Shown in pieces: positions 29,842 through 45,322 of a stretch of DNA of 64,000 nucleotides (positions are counted from its first letter, which is position 1; each line of letters begins with the position of its first letter). Both the position numbers and the translations under genes were made by a program. The stretch comes from Chrysomallon squamiferum. Its lineage: Eukaryota > Animalia > Mollusca. The notes under the pieces were generated by a model. It saw only the letters and a list, made by a program, of their open reading frames with translations. It did not search any database and was not told where the DNA came from. The stretch covers positions 15,438,001 to 15,502,000 of the forward strand of contig CM022669.1 in NCBI GenBank assembly GCA_012295275.1, read 5' to 3'.

Positions 29842-30693
29842 ATTATCAGAAATAAATTTTAGCAACGTGTGTTTTCATAGTTATATGGACATGTGTACGT
29901 ATGTTAATATACGTATTTCTTTTTTCTTTTAAATTTTGAACCATAATCGGTGACAGTGAAAATAAAACATTCTGACCTCATTTTAATTATTATATCACAT
30001 ATGGTTGTCAAATAAAGTTTTACTCGATCATAGTAATAATAATAACGTCAGCAGTAATAACAGTAGCTGCAATACTGCTGTATTTTGTAGTAGTTATACC
30101 TGTATTCGTAGCGGTAGAAGTAGTAATATGGTAGTGACTATGGTTGTCGTAATCGTAGCAGTAGTTTTGGTGGTGGTATTATTAGTGGTTATATTAATAA
30201 CGATCACAGTTATAATAAAATCAGATAGAACTGATGTCTTAGCGTTTTATTACTGTTCATTACGAAAACCACACAACGAAACTTTGACTTAAACAAGGCA
30301 CTGTTATGAAGTAAAGATTTTTTCTCTATTTTCTCTTTCAAAGGCCAGATTAACGATGACCAATATCAAATATCTGTGACCACAGATCTGAAAGATATGT
30401 TTGTTGCCATCGTCAGTGGCAATTAAATACTTGTGGTGTATCCAAATAACTTCATTATCTTTCAGTAATTTGCATTTAGATTATATGGGATTTTCCTAGT
30501 ATTTCGTTATCCCCTTTGGAGATCATGATAATAGCGCTTATTAGCGAGTTTCTGTGAACGGTGCATACTGGGAATTTCCTAAAGCTTTGTACATACAATT
30601 CTAAGTATACATATCTATTTCTTTATCTTAAACGTTCACGTAACTTTGGATCTTCATCATCCTGTTTTTTTTTTTTAAATATACTATAATGGG

Positions 30694-30725
<32 letters not shown>

Positions 30726-31334
30726 CATAAGCCAACACATGCAGATTTACTTATGTTCACACGCACACACCCACGCACGGACATACATACCAATTCCTGT
30801 CGCAGAGGGGAATGAACTCATCCCTTTCGTTAGTTTTTTTTTCCCTTTTTTTCGTTTGAACGTTAACAATCACTGTCTCAACTATACTAAACAGTAACTT
30901 CATACCAACGCATTTTTAAAATGCATTATTTATTTATGTATTAGTTTCAAGCTTGTTATTAAAGCAAAAAAAAAAAAAAAAAAAAAACAAAAACAAAAAA
31001 ACAAAAACAAACAATACACGGCAGTAAAACGTTGAAAGGTAATTTATTTTCGAAACAACCACAATTATGGAAATTCTTTATAGGTCTTTTAAATGTCGTG
31101 AGAGACACGGCTAAATGGTAAGAAACATCGAATTCCAGAAGTCTCTCCTTTTACTGAATATTTCTTTGGAGATTTAATTCATTAAACATAAACTTCGCGT
31201 TTCGAGCACAACTGTTAACATCATCACCGAAGGGAAATAGTTTGGTGAAAGGTAATCTTTGTAATGGCAAACTAATTACGGAATCTTTCTTTGGGAATAT
31301 AACGAAAATAGGTTCCAAATGAAAGCACACCCAT

Positions 31335-31700
31335 AGCTAATAGGCAGACTATTGTATAATAATTGTTCTATTTTATGTCATAATTTATATATAATTTCTT
31401 CCTTCACAAGACGATTGTGGCTTATTATCATGATATTGCAACACAGATAATTGTACAGTATACCGTCTTTTCATTAGAGCATAGGCGACTGAATGATGCT
31501 AAATATCAGTTTTATCTAGCCCATTGATCTTGTGTAATGTCGTTCTTAACACAGACTAATGTGGTTTATCATGCCTATTTGAGAATACAGACTACTGCAA
31601 ATAGTATTACACAGTATCATTGACTATTGCATAATGTCGTTTTCAGTACCATAGCGTAGGATAATCGTTCCTATTTAACAAAATAGTCTATTTAATAATG
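31335..31700. repeat. Highly decayed tandem repeat
   Basis: Recurrent CAGACTA.TG, GACTATTG and TAATGTCGTT blocks. Confidence 0.4.
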
Positions 31701-33519
31701 AGTTTTATAGAGCATCACAGTTTATTACATCGAAAAGAAATCATCCTTTTCTAGCTAATACAAATTATTATATAATATTTGCTATCATAGATTAGTAAAT
31801 AATAGTGTCTTTATTTACCTACGTAGACAGTTATAGACGAGAATCCTTGCTTACAAACAAAACAGTCGTACTATGAGACTATCACGGTTATAGGTATATA
31901 AATTTATATTAAGCAGCATTACTTATGTTACTGATCGATGTAACCCTAAACATTCTGGAGGATTAAAGATAATCATTTCTGCTGTTGACGTCATTCGGTT
32001 ATCTTGACGGGAGAATAAGCAGTCGCAAAGGGTACTAAATTATTGAAGTGTTTTACTTACAGAAATATTACAGAAAACATCATTCGAATAGTTCGATTAT
32101 TTTTTTCCTCAAGATGCTACAAAGGGATAAGAAGAGTTATTTATGACTAGCATCGTGTACAACGGCTGGCGTTATGTGGCATTGAGTTACTAATGTACTT
32201 CTGTACAGAACATGCTGATATAAAGTACTTGAAGCAGGTATGATAATTTAGAAATTCCTTATTATAAAAGTAATTAAGTTTTCCTTTCTAAGATGAACTG
32301 TTGAAAGCACCACACGTGCAGACACTGCAATAATACATCAAAAGATTCTTATTCTGTTTCATCTGCTTATTGCGCTTGTTTTTTTCTTAACCCTTTGTAT
32401 GCGTCTCATTCTCTCTCGATATTTATACACATCTGTGTCGTTGCATCCCGTTATCATTCTGTGTGCGTAATTAACTACTTTGAAAAGCCCGAGAACAATA
32501 AATTAACCGCTTACTGCTTCTTATGTCTGCTTAGGAAATGTCATAAGTGAGCTTTTATGCCGTAACTCATTCTGTAGTCAATGACGTTGACGAAGACACC
32601 GACATTAACTTCCTGTAGGGTAAAACATCAGTAGAAACTACGTTCTTTATTTTCTTCCACTGACATAATCTTGTTTCAGACCTTCTTTGATATGCCTCGG
32701 AACGAAAAGGTTCGTACAGGAATTAAGTGAGTGAATCTGTTGAAACAAATGAAATCTCGGATCGCAGATCACTCACGCGAGATTTTCCCCTATCTGACTC
32801 CTAGAGTGGCAGAAAGTGTTTTTTTTTTTTTATTAAATTTCTGTCAAGAAGAAAATACTTTTAGCTTTTCAGTTTGCAACGTTAACCAGAAAGAAGGTAC
32901 GAAACCTGATTCCCCTTGCTCTTGCAAAATTAACACATCATTAATTCTCTTTTTCTTGAGCTTGTTCGCTTCAAGAACTGAACTCAGACGTAGATGGATC
33001 ACGTGTTAAAATGAATCAATCCTGAAGTATTTATAGACTGTCTGGGTATTTTTGTATTGATTTTACAGATTTGGATTTTGAAGCGGTTAATTTGGAATGA
33101 CTTACTGTTGAGGATACGGTTGCATCATCTGGTTAGCGAATGTTGCAAGCTACCGGCTAACGATTTCAGTACGTTGATTAATATTAATGGGTCGTACGAC
33201 ATAAGATGTACCAAAAGTGAGTCCGTTTAATTAATTGCCATGTCAAACGAGTGCAGAACGATACAGACCTTTTTTTAAAAAAAAATGTATCCATTGATCA
33301 GTACGGTTTTAAATTGGTTAGAAAAAATAACTGTGAAGCTACAGTTGTGTCAACGCAGCAAGCACAACAAGAGGATCTTGGCCACCTGCAACCACAATTA
33401 CTAAGACTGTTATGAAATGATTCCTAAAACTACTGCTATAATAATTAGAACTACCTTTTTTTAATACTGACTTTACTGCAGCCATTTCTACAATCGTGAC
33501 AATTAAAGCTTCTATTATA

Positions 33520-33975
33520 GTCACCTTTACTAGTACTACTGCTATTTCAGTTACTTTTATTAGTACTACTATTACAGTTACTTTTACTAATACTACTATT
33601 ACAGTTACTTTTTCTAGTACTACTACTATTACAGTTACTTCTTCTAGTACTACTACTATTACAGTTATTTCTTCTAGTACTACTACTATTACAGTTACTT
33701 CTTCTAGTACTACTACTATTACAGTTACTTTTACCAGTACTACTACTATTACAGTTACTTTTACTAGTACTAATACTATTACCGTTACTTTTACTAGAAC
33801 TATCACTATTACAGTTACTTTTTCTAGTACTACTATAAATACATTTACTTTTACTAGTACTACTATAATTACATTTACTAGTACTGCTAATAATAGTATT
33901 ACTTTCACTAGTACTGGTAATACTACACTTACTTTTACTAGTACTACTAATACTATAATTACTTTTATTAGTACC
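33520..33975. repeat. 30-bp minisatellite (ACAGTTACTTYTWCTAGTACTACTACTATT)n
   Basis: Eight exact-period 30-bp units at 33601-33840, flanked by degenerate 24-30-bp units. Confidence 0.95.
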
Positions 33976-36488
33976 ATTACAATTAGTTTTGCTAGTATTC
34001 CTATTATTACAGCATCTACAAGTGCTTTTGCTACGCCTACTACAGTTAATAATACTCATTCTCTTAGTAATATGCTACAACTTTGTTAATACTAGACACT
34101 GTTACATACAACAATGCATTCCTTTAAGTATCTGAGTATACAGTATTGGTGTATGTCTTACTTATATTTACGTACATACATAACGGATTCATGCACGCGT
34201 TTTGCTTGTGTTAAACACTGGATATAATATATTGTGCTATCAGTTCACTTGACTCCACACAGATGAAAAGTCTTAATAAAGTATGGACCAGAGTAGTAAA
34301 AACCGAAATGTTTCATAAAACTGGCTTGATTTAGAAGATGTGTTATATTAATCCTACACGTCCTATCATGAATTATAACGAAAAATCTTAAATCAGATAA
34401 CTTCCATAAAAATGACAAAACTTTCTACAGTTAGAAAAGAACTGAACGAAATGTACGAGTAAGAAAAGGAAAAAAAAAAAAAAAAAAAAAAAAGTATTGT
34501 TTCAAGGATGAACCAATAAAATGAGAAAAGCAAACAGTCTACGTTATCATCGCAAGAAGTATTCATTAGACACATTAATGGGGATTATACAGGCACCAAG
34601 GTCATTTAAGCAGAGTGAACAACCTTGTTAAATCTCCGAATCTTTTTTTACACTCTATTTTAGGCCAACAAATAAGGTTAATTGATCAGATGTACCTAGG
34701 TCACTGAAATGTAGTGTCATTAAGGACGGAACAAGTCGTTTCGAATTCGCTTACAACGGTAATAAGTGGGCGAAAGTGGACACCGAGTCCTGCAATCGCA
34801 TGACATCGAATATATCAGGAAAGGCAGCGCTGTCAGCCGGTGCTAAACGGTGAGCAGATTGTTCAGAGTTGTCGAGAGAGGAAGGGTAAACGATCTTAAC
34901 GGAGTTGAACGCACAATCGATAGCTTCTCGAGGCAAACGACGTTTTTAAACAGAGTCAGTCACCGGATCAACAAGTGCTGTGAGGAGGATTCGAGACGCT
35001 GCGCTCTCCAGGCAGTCAAGTCTGTCACGCCATCGCAAACTTTGTAATCAGGATCGAACTGAGCAAACGATTTTCAGATCATTTCCCAGCCACAGTTTTA
35101 TTACTTTATCAAGGTCAAACGGTAAAAGGGTTCGAATTCATTCCAAGAAGATTCCGAGTATAGATTCCCCCCCCCCAAAAAAAGCGCCGAGCAGCATGTT
35201 ACTTTCATGTCATCATGCACTGATCACAATCTCACATTAAGTGTAGTGTTTTGATCAAGAAATGAACTGAAATATTAAGAAAAAAAAGGAAGACAGTTCT
35301 TTGACAGTTTAGCTTCAAGCAAGTTTGAAATGCCAGCAATAGTATTCTTCCGAAAATTATTATTGAATGGTATTTATGAATGTGTGTATGCGTGTGTGTG
35401 TGCGCGTGCATATTATATATGAGAGATGGTGTATAACATATTGATCGAGTGTTTATGTGTGTGACTGTCTGTATGAGTGTCAGTGTGTGTGTGTGTGTGT
35501 ATAAATGTATGTATTCAGTATCATGTTTTTAAACACAAATACTCACTTTCAGTACTTTAACACTTAATTACATTGAACATTAGTTCAGTCATCAAAGGAT
35601 GAAATAAAATTGCGGACAAAAGCAACCTTAAATTTAATTAAAAATGTAATAGTATCGATGTCCTTATTATCAGTCTATATGAAACATCCAGAGCGAAATT
35701 AGATGCCATAAGATTAACGCTATCATTGTTCTGAATATAACCGTCAAGATGAATCAATTTCTATTATTTAGAAACAAAAAAAAAAAAAGAATACTTTGAA
35801 AGGAGATATTAAACAAGGTAAAACACTTCTTCTTCTTCTTTTTATATCTTATACATACATTTTCGCTTTTCAATTACAGATTATGAAAAATATATAAATT
35901 GCTGTTAATAATAAAAGAAACCATTCTAAATGAGATCTGAGAACGAACAACAGTTGACTGCGGTATATTAAGGACGAGGAATCAGGTTCTTGTTCTAAAT
36001 GACAAAACGGAGAATTTTGTTATTAGGCAATAACAGCATGTGTCATTTTGTAATCTGCTGATATTCCTTCATCTCCAAGATACAAGAACTATGTAATTAT
36101 AAGCAAAAACAGACAGGACACAAGTTTGATTAAATCGATGAATTACGTTTGATAATTTTCAAAACGTAAAAATCCAGTCACTTTTTGATTTAATCAAGTT
36201 GTGCATATTGACTTCTAATTAACTCTTCTTGCTGAGAGATACCGAGAAATAACCGTCATGTAATAATTATGGTCAGAGAAATGATATGCAATTTCCTATC
36301 TTGATATTCTTTGAAATTACCAGCAATTTGTCATTCAGTAAAATCTTTATAAATTAGAGAGAAAAAAACAAAAAAAACCCAAAAAAAAACCCACCAAAAA
36401 AACATAAAACAAGAAAGAAAGAAAGAAAATAATGAAACTCGTCAAGAGCTCCTAAAACTGTTTTAATAAGAACATCAGAATACATTTC

Positions 36489-36520
<32 letters not shown>

Positions 36521-36872
36521 ATTACTGATCGGTAATGATGGCGCCAACGGCAATGAAAAGCATACCTGACCGCCAGTATTTCTTTTTCAATTGCATTTTT
36601 TGAGATGGAAGATTTACGAAACCTGATTAGAGGTGTTACATATATATATATTTTTTTATTGAAATTTTTTATTGAAAACGTCACATTCATAATTATAGTT
36701 GTACTCTTGCTTGTCTGCCAGGAGTCACATACAACTTGAGTATTTGTTGAATGAAAAATAAACTTTCTTGTTTTATTTTTTAAATTATTTTATATTTATT
36801 AATTTATCTTGAATTGAATCACTTTCAGATATCTTTCTTTAAGGGAAAGATTTTGAATACAGGCCCTCAAAT

Positions 36873-36953
<81 letters not shown>
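36873..36953. repeat. (AC)n microsatellite
   Basis: Read directly. Confidence 0.95.
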
Positions 36954-36954
<1 letters not shown>

Positions 36955-37476
36955 GTTCAAATGTGTTTGTCTCTCTTTCTCGCGCATTCATATATACACA
37001 GCAAATCTAAAACCCCGTAAATGCAATAATCCTTTTCAGATGTTAATTAAGCAATAATAATGAAAAGGTGGGAAAATTAATTTTTTTTTTTTTTTTTTAT
37101 TAATTAAGATTCTCCAGATTTTCAGACTGATGATCAAAAATTAATTATTTATTGGTTTTTCTTCTTCACACTCTCAAACAGATTGCCAAATACAATTAAC
37201 CTAGAAACAGTTTTTTTTTTTGTTCTGGGGTCGTGTCTGATACTGTGAACAATTAATTTTCGTCTTTGTAAATAATTGAACATCATACTAAGTAAAAGAC
37301 ATATCGACCAGAAAAAAATATATTCCTCCTGTTCTCAGGGCACCAGTAAAACATGGCGACGATACTGACGAAGACGTCTACGTTACAGTAAACAGATACA
37401 GAAATTAAATGACAATCGTGTGTGTGATTACATGATAGAGAAAGATGGAGAGAATGAATGAATGAAAAATGATGAT

Positions 37477-37478
<2 letters not shown>

Positions 37479-37557
<79 letters not shown>
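37479..37557. repeat. (GA)n microsatellite
   Basis: Read directly. Confidence 0.97.
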
Positions 37558-37559
<2 letters not shown>

Positions 37560-38646
37560 AAGCGAAAGAAAAAGACAGAGAGAAAAACATAGATAGATAT
37601 TCATCAATATGATTTATTCCGTGTCCCCTTTATTCCTGTTTTTTTCAGACCTCTCAAATGTTATGAATGATTTTTTTCATTCTGATATTAAGAGTACGTC
37701 TCACCTCTATCGATTCCAGATATTAATCTCAAGTGAAAATTACAACATGGTTATTGTAAACAAAACAGACCTCATTACCACACGTAGTATTCGTTATTAG
37801 TAATAACGGAATTTGAATCGGTAATTTGTTTTTCCAGTTATAACAGACGTAAAGAAGAAAAAAAATACAACATCAATAACAACAACAGAACTTTGAGAAT
37901 TATAAATACAATTCCAACTTTTTATGTTCTTTATTGTTTTGGTTTTTGATGTTTTTTTTTTTTTTCTCTCTCTCGTTCTAATCAGTGTGTTAAGGTAAAA
38001 ATCTAAAATTAGGAAAGAAATTATTTTCATTTAGAATTCTTAAAGTGTGACTGAAACAAAAGTAGTCCATAGTCTGACAGAGAGACAATTTAGCCTCGGT
38101 AAACCATCTTACACGCATAGAACCGTTTACTTACCAGATCAAATGTTTGGGTCTGTCTCATATTAAACTATCATGACGTTTGATGAATAACGACATCAGC
38201 AATTTTTGGCTGCAATTATTACTCGTTCGTAACGATCGTTTTAAAATTCTACGCCATATCTTTTTTTTTCTTCTTTTTTTTTTCGGCCTGCCAAATTAAA
38301 AGTGCTCGACATAATAAATATGTGTGCTATTTCTTTTACAAAAAAAGACTTGAAAGAGAAAAATTATGGTCTCAAGAAAATCACATCAGGTGTCGTATTT
38401 AATTAGTCTACAGGCGACAGGCTTTGAGGAGCGTGTATGTTTTGTTTCTTTTGTAAAATTAGCAACATGAAATAGCGGAGTAGAGACTGGCGGACGGTCT
38501 ACTTCTGGTTATCCTCAGTGAGCAAGAGAACAAGACTTGAGAAAAAAGTCTCACAAAGCCTCCGACTTCAAGTAAAGTAAGTTATTGAGATTTTGTTCTG
38601 ACTTGGACAGAAAGCAGAGTTGTTAATTAAATGTGATAGGAAAAAC

Positions 38647-38660
38647 AAGAAGAAGAAGAA

Positions 38661-38719
<59 letters not shown>

Positions 38720-38773
38720 AGGAGAAGAAGAAGAAGAAGAAGAAGAAGAAGAAGAAGGAGAAGAAGAAGAAGA
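38647..38773. repeat. (GAA)n microsatellite
   Basis: Read directly. It is the source of the poly-K/R/L/S ORFs in the track. Confidence 0.97.
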
Positions 38774-39458
38774 CGAAAAGGATGCAGAAGGAACCGGTTG
38801 CCAGAAAAAGAAGACGAAATAGGAGAAGAAAAGGAGAGACAAAAGAAGAAAATTAACTGCTGACGAAGAACAGAAATGAGACAAATGAGAAAAAGAAGAA
38901 AGAAAAGAAGAAAAAATAACTGCTGATTTAGAAAAAAATAATAAAAAAATAAATGAAAAAAGAGGAGTAAATACAAAAGAGAGAGAGAGAAAAAAAAAAT
39001 AAGAATAGAAAAATTAAAAAAGAAGAAAAGAAACTGACGTTGTTTGCGGTGTCGCACTGGTTGACCATCTGTTAAAAGTAATAACAAAAACTGACACCTT
39101 GTGAAAATTAGGACTTCGCTACTGCAGCGCACAGGTGTTCAACGAAGGTGTGAATGGTAATACGAGGCTTGTCTTTGACGTAAGGTTTCAGGCGAGAACT
39201 GCGATACTCATCATCTTAGAGGTTGTGAACTAAATGACTTTTGGAACCCTGTGAACATGTTTTCCCGTAGAAAAAACAGAAAGAAAGAAAGTAAGAGAAA
39301 AAAAAAAAAATAACGTTACCGAGAAAACAAATGAAAGGGCAAACAAAATGATGTGAACGAAAGGAAGAAAAAAAAAATAAAAAACGAAAAAAAGAACTAT
39401 AGAACGAAGAATGAAGGGGAAAAAGTAAGAAAAAATAAGAATGAATGAAAGAGAAATA

Positions 39459-39492
<34 letters not shown>

Positions 39493-39517
39493 AAAAAAAC
39501 AGTCACCAAATAAGAGA

Positions 39518-39692
<175 letters not shown>

Positions 39693-40975
39693 TAAATATA
39701 AACAACCTTAGGTTATGAAGAAAACAGTGAATGATAGAAATAAATTAAACAATGAAAGCAATAAAAATCAAAATCAAAAACATTTTCTAAAAGAAGAAAA
39801 ACAAACAAAAAACAAACAAAAAAACAAAAACAAATATAATGATCTAGAAAAAAAAGAAGAATTAAATAGAGCAAGTAAAAAAAAAAAAAAAAAAAAAAAG
39901 TAGAAAGTGTTTTAAAAATCAAACAAAGAAACAAAACAAAACGAATATGACAAAAGAAAGAAAAAAAAAATCGAGAAACGAAAGATTGAAAAAGGACCGT
40001 CATTTTTTTTTTTTTTTTTTTTTATACTGTTAAAAGTTTATATCTCTGAGTGAGATCATTCCACTCGGTTATTTTAATCCTGATTTTCTATAGGAAAATA
40101 TAAGAAAAAAACATATCCTTAAAATGTAATAAAAAACATTAATAAAAACCAAGAACTGGAAGGAAATGCATTAAAATAATAATAATAATAATAATAAAAA
40201 AAATAAAAAATTAAAAATTAAAAATTAAAAAATTAAATAAATATTAAAAAAAAATGCTCAGAGATGGTGATGAAATGAATTTAATGTCTTTCAATCTAGA
40301 GTGCATCAAAACTTTAATTTTTTTTTAAAAAAAAGAATTTTTTTTTTGTTCTCTTACATTTATAGCTTTTTATGACCATCTTTTCGCAAGCTGCACCAAA
40401 AGAAGAGGCCACTTTGGTACAACGATCGATTAACTGGATTTTAATTAAGTTCCTTTGAATATTTAAAATGACGTCGCATCCGTTGATCATGTTCTACGCA
40501 TTATTTCAGTCTGTATTGAACGCCTTTTTTTTTTTTTTTTTTCAAAATTCGCCAAAAGAAATTCGGTTATTGCAACGAAGCCCCAGATGCATTCATCTCC
40601 GGACAACATGCTTGAAATGACGCATTCTGTACCAAGCTCAATGCGGTCATTCAATTTGACTTGTACGAACTTTAAGTTTAACCCGAAGGCGCTCTGACGG
40701 TTGTCAACAATTCATAATTTCAGTTCTGAGAGGCAACTGGTACTTCGATTTAGTTTAAAGTTTTAACAAGAAGGAATTTGTTTTACTAGCTGTTATATAT
40801 TTTTTTTTGTTGTTGTTGTTGTTTTTGTTGTTATTGTTATTATTATTATTAATCGTTGATATATGCTTAGATATATCTGTATACCTGTTTAGAGATATAT
40901 AAAAAATACAGATAAGGAGACAGATAGAGATAATGGGGGAAAGAGAGAGATAGAATGATAGCTAGATCGAAATAG

Positions 40976-41158
<183 letters not shown>

Positions 41159-41419
41159 TAAATAATACTGGTTATAATAATTCAGTAAACTGTCTGTTCA
41201 TCTGACAGAAGTAACGTGATTTAGTCATTAAAATCTAACAGATAGCGAAGTCTCCAGGAATATTTCAGAGTTTTATAAGAAGAAACGTTGATTACCTGTT
41301 GAGATTTATATCCTCACCTGTTTATGTCGTTATAACTATTTTTGATAACTTATGCTTCACTATTTTTATATTTCATAATAAAAAATTGCATTTGCCATGC
41401 ATGTAATTAATTGACTGAA

Positions 41420-41457
<38 letters not shown>

Positions 41458-41645
41458 GAAATAACAACAACAAACATACTACTACTACTACCACTCCTAC
41501 TCCTACTCCTACTCCTCCTACTACTACTACTACTACTGCTACTAGTAATAATAATAAGAAATGGAAGAAGAATTACACTTTACACTCATAACAACAAGCA
41601 CAAAGCTAAATAAACAAATGAAAAAAAAAAAAAAATGAAATAAAA

Positions 41646-41696
<51 letters not shown>

Positions 41697-44600
41697 CAAT
41701 AACAATAAAATAAAATAATAAAGAAGAAAAGGGTAAAAAAAAGAAAAGTGAAAGAAATCGACAGCTGACAGACTAATTTAGTCTACCACGGACTAAAATA
41801 ACACGCCTAACAGATCTAATTTTAACGTCGTTAAATCTTGATGTCGATAATTCCAGTGTTTACAAAACTGGCTTTTAACTGTCTGATCTGTACGTGACAA
41901 ACTTCCTTAATATTTTGAACTTAAAATAAAGGAAGAAGAAAAAGCATTTAAACAACAAGTGGTGAAAAAAAAAAATAAAAAAATAAAAAATTATAAATTT
42001 TAGTTTATAGGATTAATTTTCTTTGTCGGCTTTGCAGTATTAACAGTCAGTTCGAGACGAAGCTGTACATTTTTAAAATATAGTTTCCTGTTCACGGGAA
42101 GGCACCTATACAAAAATCAATTCTGCTAATTTATAAGATTAGCCAGTTGTGTGATGTCATCGGATTTTCTTTCTGATGTAAGCTTTACAAAAATAAAAAT
42201 TAATATTAAAACACACTGAGTTTCATTAAACTTTCTAATAAAGACTTTTGTTTCATTCTTATGTTTCATTTTGCCATTGTCAAATGAGTTTTTGTGTTGG
42301 AGATAATTTCAAAAAAACCCCAAAACAACCTGTTTTTGTTTTCAAGACAAAGGTACGTTCAGTGTAAGTCAGCTTCACCGTAGACGTATAAAGTATGGAA
42401 AACAAAACAAAAAATGGTGAAAATGAAGTAAAACAATTTCTAAATGTCCGTCTGATGAACTGTTTTACTGAATCTGTGATTCTGAAAATCTGTGATGAAT
42501 TTTGCACAGACAATCAATTTTTTTACTTATTTTCTTGCCTTTTTAAAATATATTACACCGCTAGTGGAATTATAACACATACATTGGGAGACATCAAAGG
42601 ATGCAGATGACTTGAATATTTAATAAAGATGGGCAGACTAATGGAAAAGAAAGATGAAATGAACCAGACGCACTCAGAAACATATGCACACCCACACACA
42701 CCCACAGACGCCAACACACGCCAACACAAGTATACCAAATGGTCAAAAACATCAAAAGTTAAGATTCAATTCAACATTTCTGCTTTAGGAAATATACTTA
42801 CAAAGAAAAGTTCTTTGGTTATTTTAATTATTAATATTTTCATCACCAGCTATGAAAATCGTTCAAAGTGATGACGCCAGTGTCCTTTAAATTAAAAGTT
42901 AAAAACTTTAAAGAATTTTTAAAAATTTGGTTATCTTGGTCTTTCGTCCTCAACAATGATGGTCATGCTCCCGACCTGTTTAATTAAAAATGCGCGAAGA
43001 ATAATTAGGCACAAAGTATTTACGTTTTTCTTGAAACGATTCTGAATTTCCAAACAGGCGGTTCAGTTGGACTTAAGGAACTAATTCACGAAGACCATTC
43101 AGTTCTTCTTTCTGTTTTGGTATTTCACACAGGAAAAAAATAAATGCATTTGATATTAAGCACAATTACGGCGCATATACAGATATTAAAACTGACATTT
43201 TGATCTTTAATTTCATATTGTATACACAGATACTAAAAAAGAGACAGAGATAAAAATAATACGATATTTAATAATGCAAAACACAGAGACTTCGTCTAGA
43301 ACGTGAATTAATTCAGACGGCAGCAATGAACATAAACTGTTCATAACGAACAGGACGGCAGACATTTCCTCATACAGAACAATTTGTTAGTAATCAAAAC
43401 TGACAGCTGCAAGATAGAGTTTTTTACATCCATGCGCCCAGATTGAATTATTACTGTTACCAGGCATTCTTGAAAGTATTACACGAAACCGATATTGAAT
43501 ATGCATAATAACAATTCCTATTTTTATATTACTCTCTCAGTAAATTTAGAAAGGAAAATAAAAGAAGAAGAAGAAGAAGAAGAAGAAGAAGAAGAAATTC
43601 TTTCAGAGATGGTGCCAAGGATAAAATCAAGAAATAACGAGATAATATCGATGAGTTACTTCACAGTTTCATGTCTACGAAATTGGTGGCGTGACAAAAA
43701 TGTGTGTTTCTTTTTTGTTTTCTCTCACGATGAAAAGTAAAGTAAAGAAAGGTTGATGTCTGTGTTAAAAGCTTGGAGAGATAATGTTAATGGAGATTTT
43801 AAAGCGAAGACCTCTAGGAGACGAAGAAACAGAGAGAGATATATATAGAAGAAAAAAAAAAGAAAAAAAAAAAGAAACAAGAAAAAAGTCAAAACAACAA
43901 ACACAACAGCGACAAAAAAATGTGAAGAAAAAAAAAAAAAAGAAAGAAAAATATACAAAAAAATAAAAAAATAAAAAAAAAAAAAATTAAATAAAAAAAT
44001 TAAAAAAATGAATGAAGCAGAAGAAAAAGTATAAACAGGAAAAGGAAGAGAAATATATACAAGAACAAGCGATAATAGTGGAATATGAAGAAGAAGAAAA
44101 AAAAAGAAGAAGAAGAAGAAAACAAACGATGAAAAAGAGATTCCTATCAATATTTACACACTTACACATCTTTATTTTTCTGTTGTATTTTCATTATCTT
44201 TCTACCTTTGATTACAACAATAATCAACAAAACCTCGGGCGATTACAGGTACTTAGTTTTAACCAACCGAGATTTTCCGAATGAAGTGTCGAGTGTCACT
44301 CAGAAACGGCCGGAATTTCCCGAATGACAGAATGAATGTCATTTGCAATCACACGAGGTTAGTCTGTGACGCAATGGCTGTCTTTTAAAACTGACTGAAG
44401 TTTAAAACTGCCGCAGTAAGTGTTACTCTTAATCAGTCGACGTTTTCGTAGACCCCGTATGCTCCAATTTGTATTCACTTCGGGATACGCGGCCATTTTT
44501 CAGTCTGCGAAAAATATTCGGAAAGTTTCGAGTTTACGCTACCGGGGAAACTAATCAAATTCTTTGCTTTAATTTTTGTTTAAACTGCTTTTCTTTAGTT

Positions 44601-44733
44601 TTCGATAGAGGGACGTACATTGTAACCAATTTTTACTATTAGCAATTTCTAAACCTGTGCAAAGAATGCCAAGTTATATTTGACAGATGATTGAAGGGTG
44701 TAACAAAAACATTAAAATAATAATAATAGTGAA

Positions 44734-44852
<119 letters not shown>

Positions 44853-45206
44853 AACAAATAGATAAATAAAAATTAATAAATTGCTGAAAGACATTGTAAA
44901 AGTTGTTACGTTTGTCTAAAACGTATGTCAAACACCGACATTTTCTGTCTTAATTTGACCCCTGTTTTGTGTGTCTGCTGAAATAACGATGTAGCTTATT
45001 TGACTCCAACCATTCTCATTATATGGTAGTTTAAAAATGTGACCAAATATAAAGACATATTTTGAATAAATACAGGCGGCAAGGTCATAACCATGGAGGC
45101 TTTTTTTCGGGGTATAGAGCCTTTAGTAATAACGGTCAATTTTCTAGTTAAAATATATTATTGTTAAACGAGAAAAGTTATCACATCTTCGGAATAATAA
45201 ATTACT

Positions 45207-45322
<116 letters not shown>

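Noticed and set aside
30428-30460. CCA CAA|GT on the minus strand as the end of the missing TM4 exon
   Set aside because: In-frame TGA a few codons upstream and no hydrophobic helix.
33520-33975. CRISPR-like array
   Set aside because: Contiguous repeats with no unique spacers, no cas genes and a eukaryotic intronic context.
38470-38525. Hammerhead-ribozyme-like core on the minus strand (CTGAGGA..GAAG with a short stem)
   Set aside because: The GAAA core is not intact and stem I does not pair. Other CTGANGA..GAAA hits (about 13630, 14279, 38860, 53800) lack a closing stem II.
42205-42890. TTAA-flanked MITE ending in GTGTCCTTTAA
   Set aside because: No convincing matching inverted terminus on the left side.
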